The notes under the pieces: generated by a model
What the model was told of the DNA's origin: nothing
What the model saw: the letters and a program-made list of their open reading frames with translations, nothing else
Database searches by the model: none
Part shown: positions 63,600-64,000 of the stretch, in pieces
Layout: the number at the start of each line of letters is the position of its first letter
How positions within the stretch are numbered: the stretch's first letter is position 1
Program-made: the position numbers and the translations under genes
NCBI RefSeq assembly: GCF_964194155.1
Contig: NC_135901.1
Span: forward strand, 37,634,001-37,698,000
Length of the DNA: 64,000 nt
From: Cetorhinus maximus
Lineage: Eukaryota
Direction: 5' to 3'

Positions 63600-64000
63600 T
63601 GTAGTCACTTGTCAACTTGAGTTAATGTTTCGAGTCCATGTGACTTTTCTGAAGACGAGTCCATCCGGACTTGAAACGTTAACTTTGTTTCTCTGTTCAC
63701 AGATGCTGCCAGACCTGCTGAATCTTTCTGCACTGTGTTTTTATTTCGGATTTCCAGCATCTGCAGTATTTTCCCTTTATACTTGTGAACTGGTTGGTGT
63801 CTTTACAGTGTGGATGAACAGCCAAATGACTTGCCACACTTGGAACATGAGAACAGCCTTTCCCCACTGTGAATTCACTGGTGTACAGTGAGGTCAGATG
63901 ATTGCCTGAACCCAGACCCACAATAAGAGCACCTTAATGGTCATTTGTCAGTGTGAACACGTTGATGCGACATCAGTTCTCTGAAATATTTCTAGCACTT
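63600..64000 (-). pseudogene. 3' end of a decayed zinc-finger gene with a Penelope mini-element (63618-63780) at its stop codon
   Basis: Degenerate [24 protein letters not shown] fingers. TSD ACTTGT(C/G)AACT at 63607-63617 and 63781-63791; family 3' UTR at 63470-63600. Confidence 0.8.

Overview
Vertebrate genomic DNA, most likely a cartilaginous fish (inferred from the repeat families and the KRAB-less zinc-finger style; not provable from this window). It is a repeat-dense cluster of C2H2 zinc-finger genes, each with a single coding exon: about 10 copies, of which 2 have clean ORFs (8924-9550 +, 17987-18520 -) and the rest are frameshifted, truncated or fragmentary. The cluster was built by segmental and inverted duplication of a cassette: tRNA-Lys(CTT)-like gene, exon-like block, tRNA-Asn(GTT)-like gene, CpG-island promoter with NRF1/YY1-type motifs, zinc-finger exon, conserved 3' UTR, L2 fragment. 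Nine degenerate tRNA genes are visible (4 Lys, 4 Asn, 1 Ser). Interspersed are CR1, L2, RTE and other CR1-group LINEs, Penelope-like elements with GIY-YIG endonuclease, inverted termini, 11-14 bp target-site duplications and minimal hammerhead ribozyme motifs (two families), SINEs, a Gypsy gag fragment, an ERV env/PPT/LTR remnant and three minisatellites. The most notable signals are the hammerhead-headed Penelope mini-elements, the ~23 kb inverted duplication with a near-identical 145-bp island, the tRNA-zinc-finger cassette, a 25-bp 3' UTR micro-inversion that toggles an AATAAA, and a decayed orphan ORF at 43.3-44.2 kb. Most boundaries were read by eye and are approximate.
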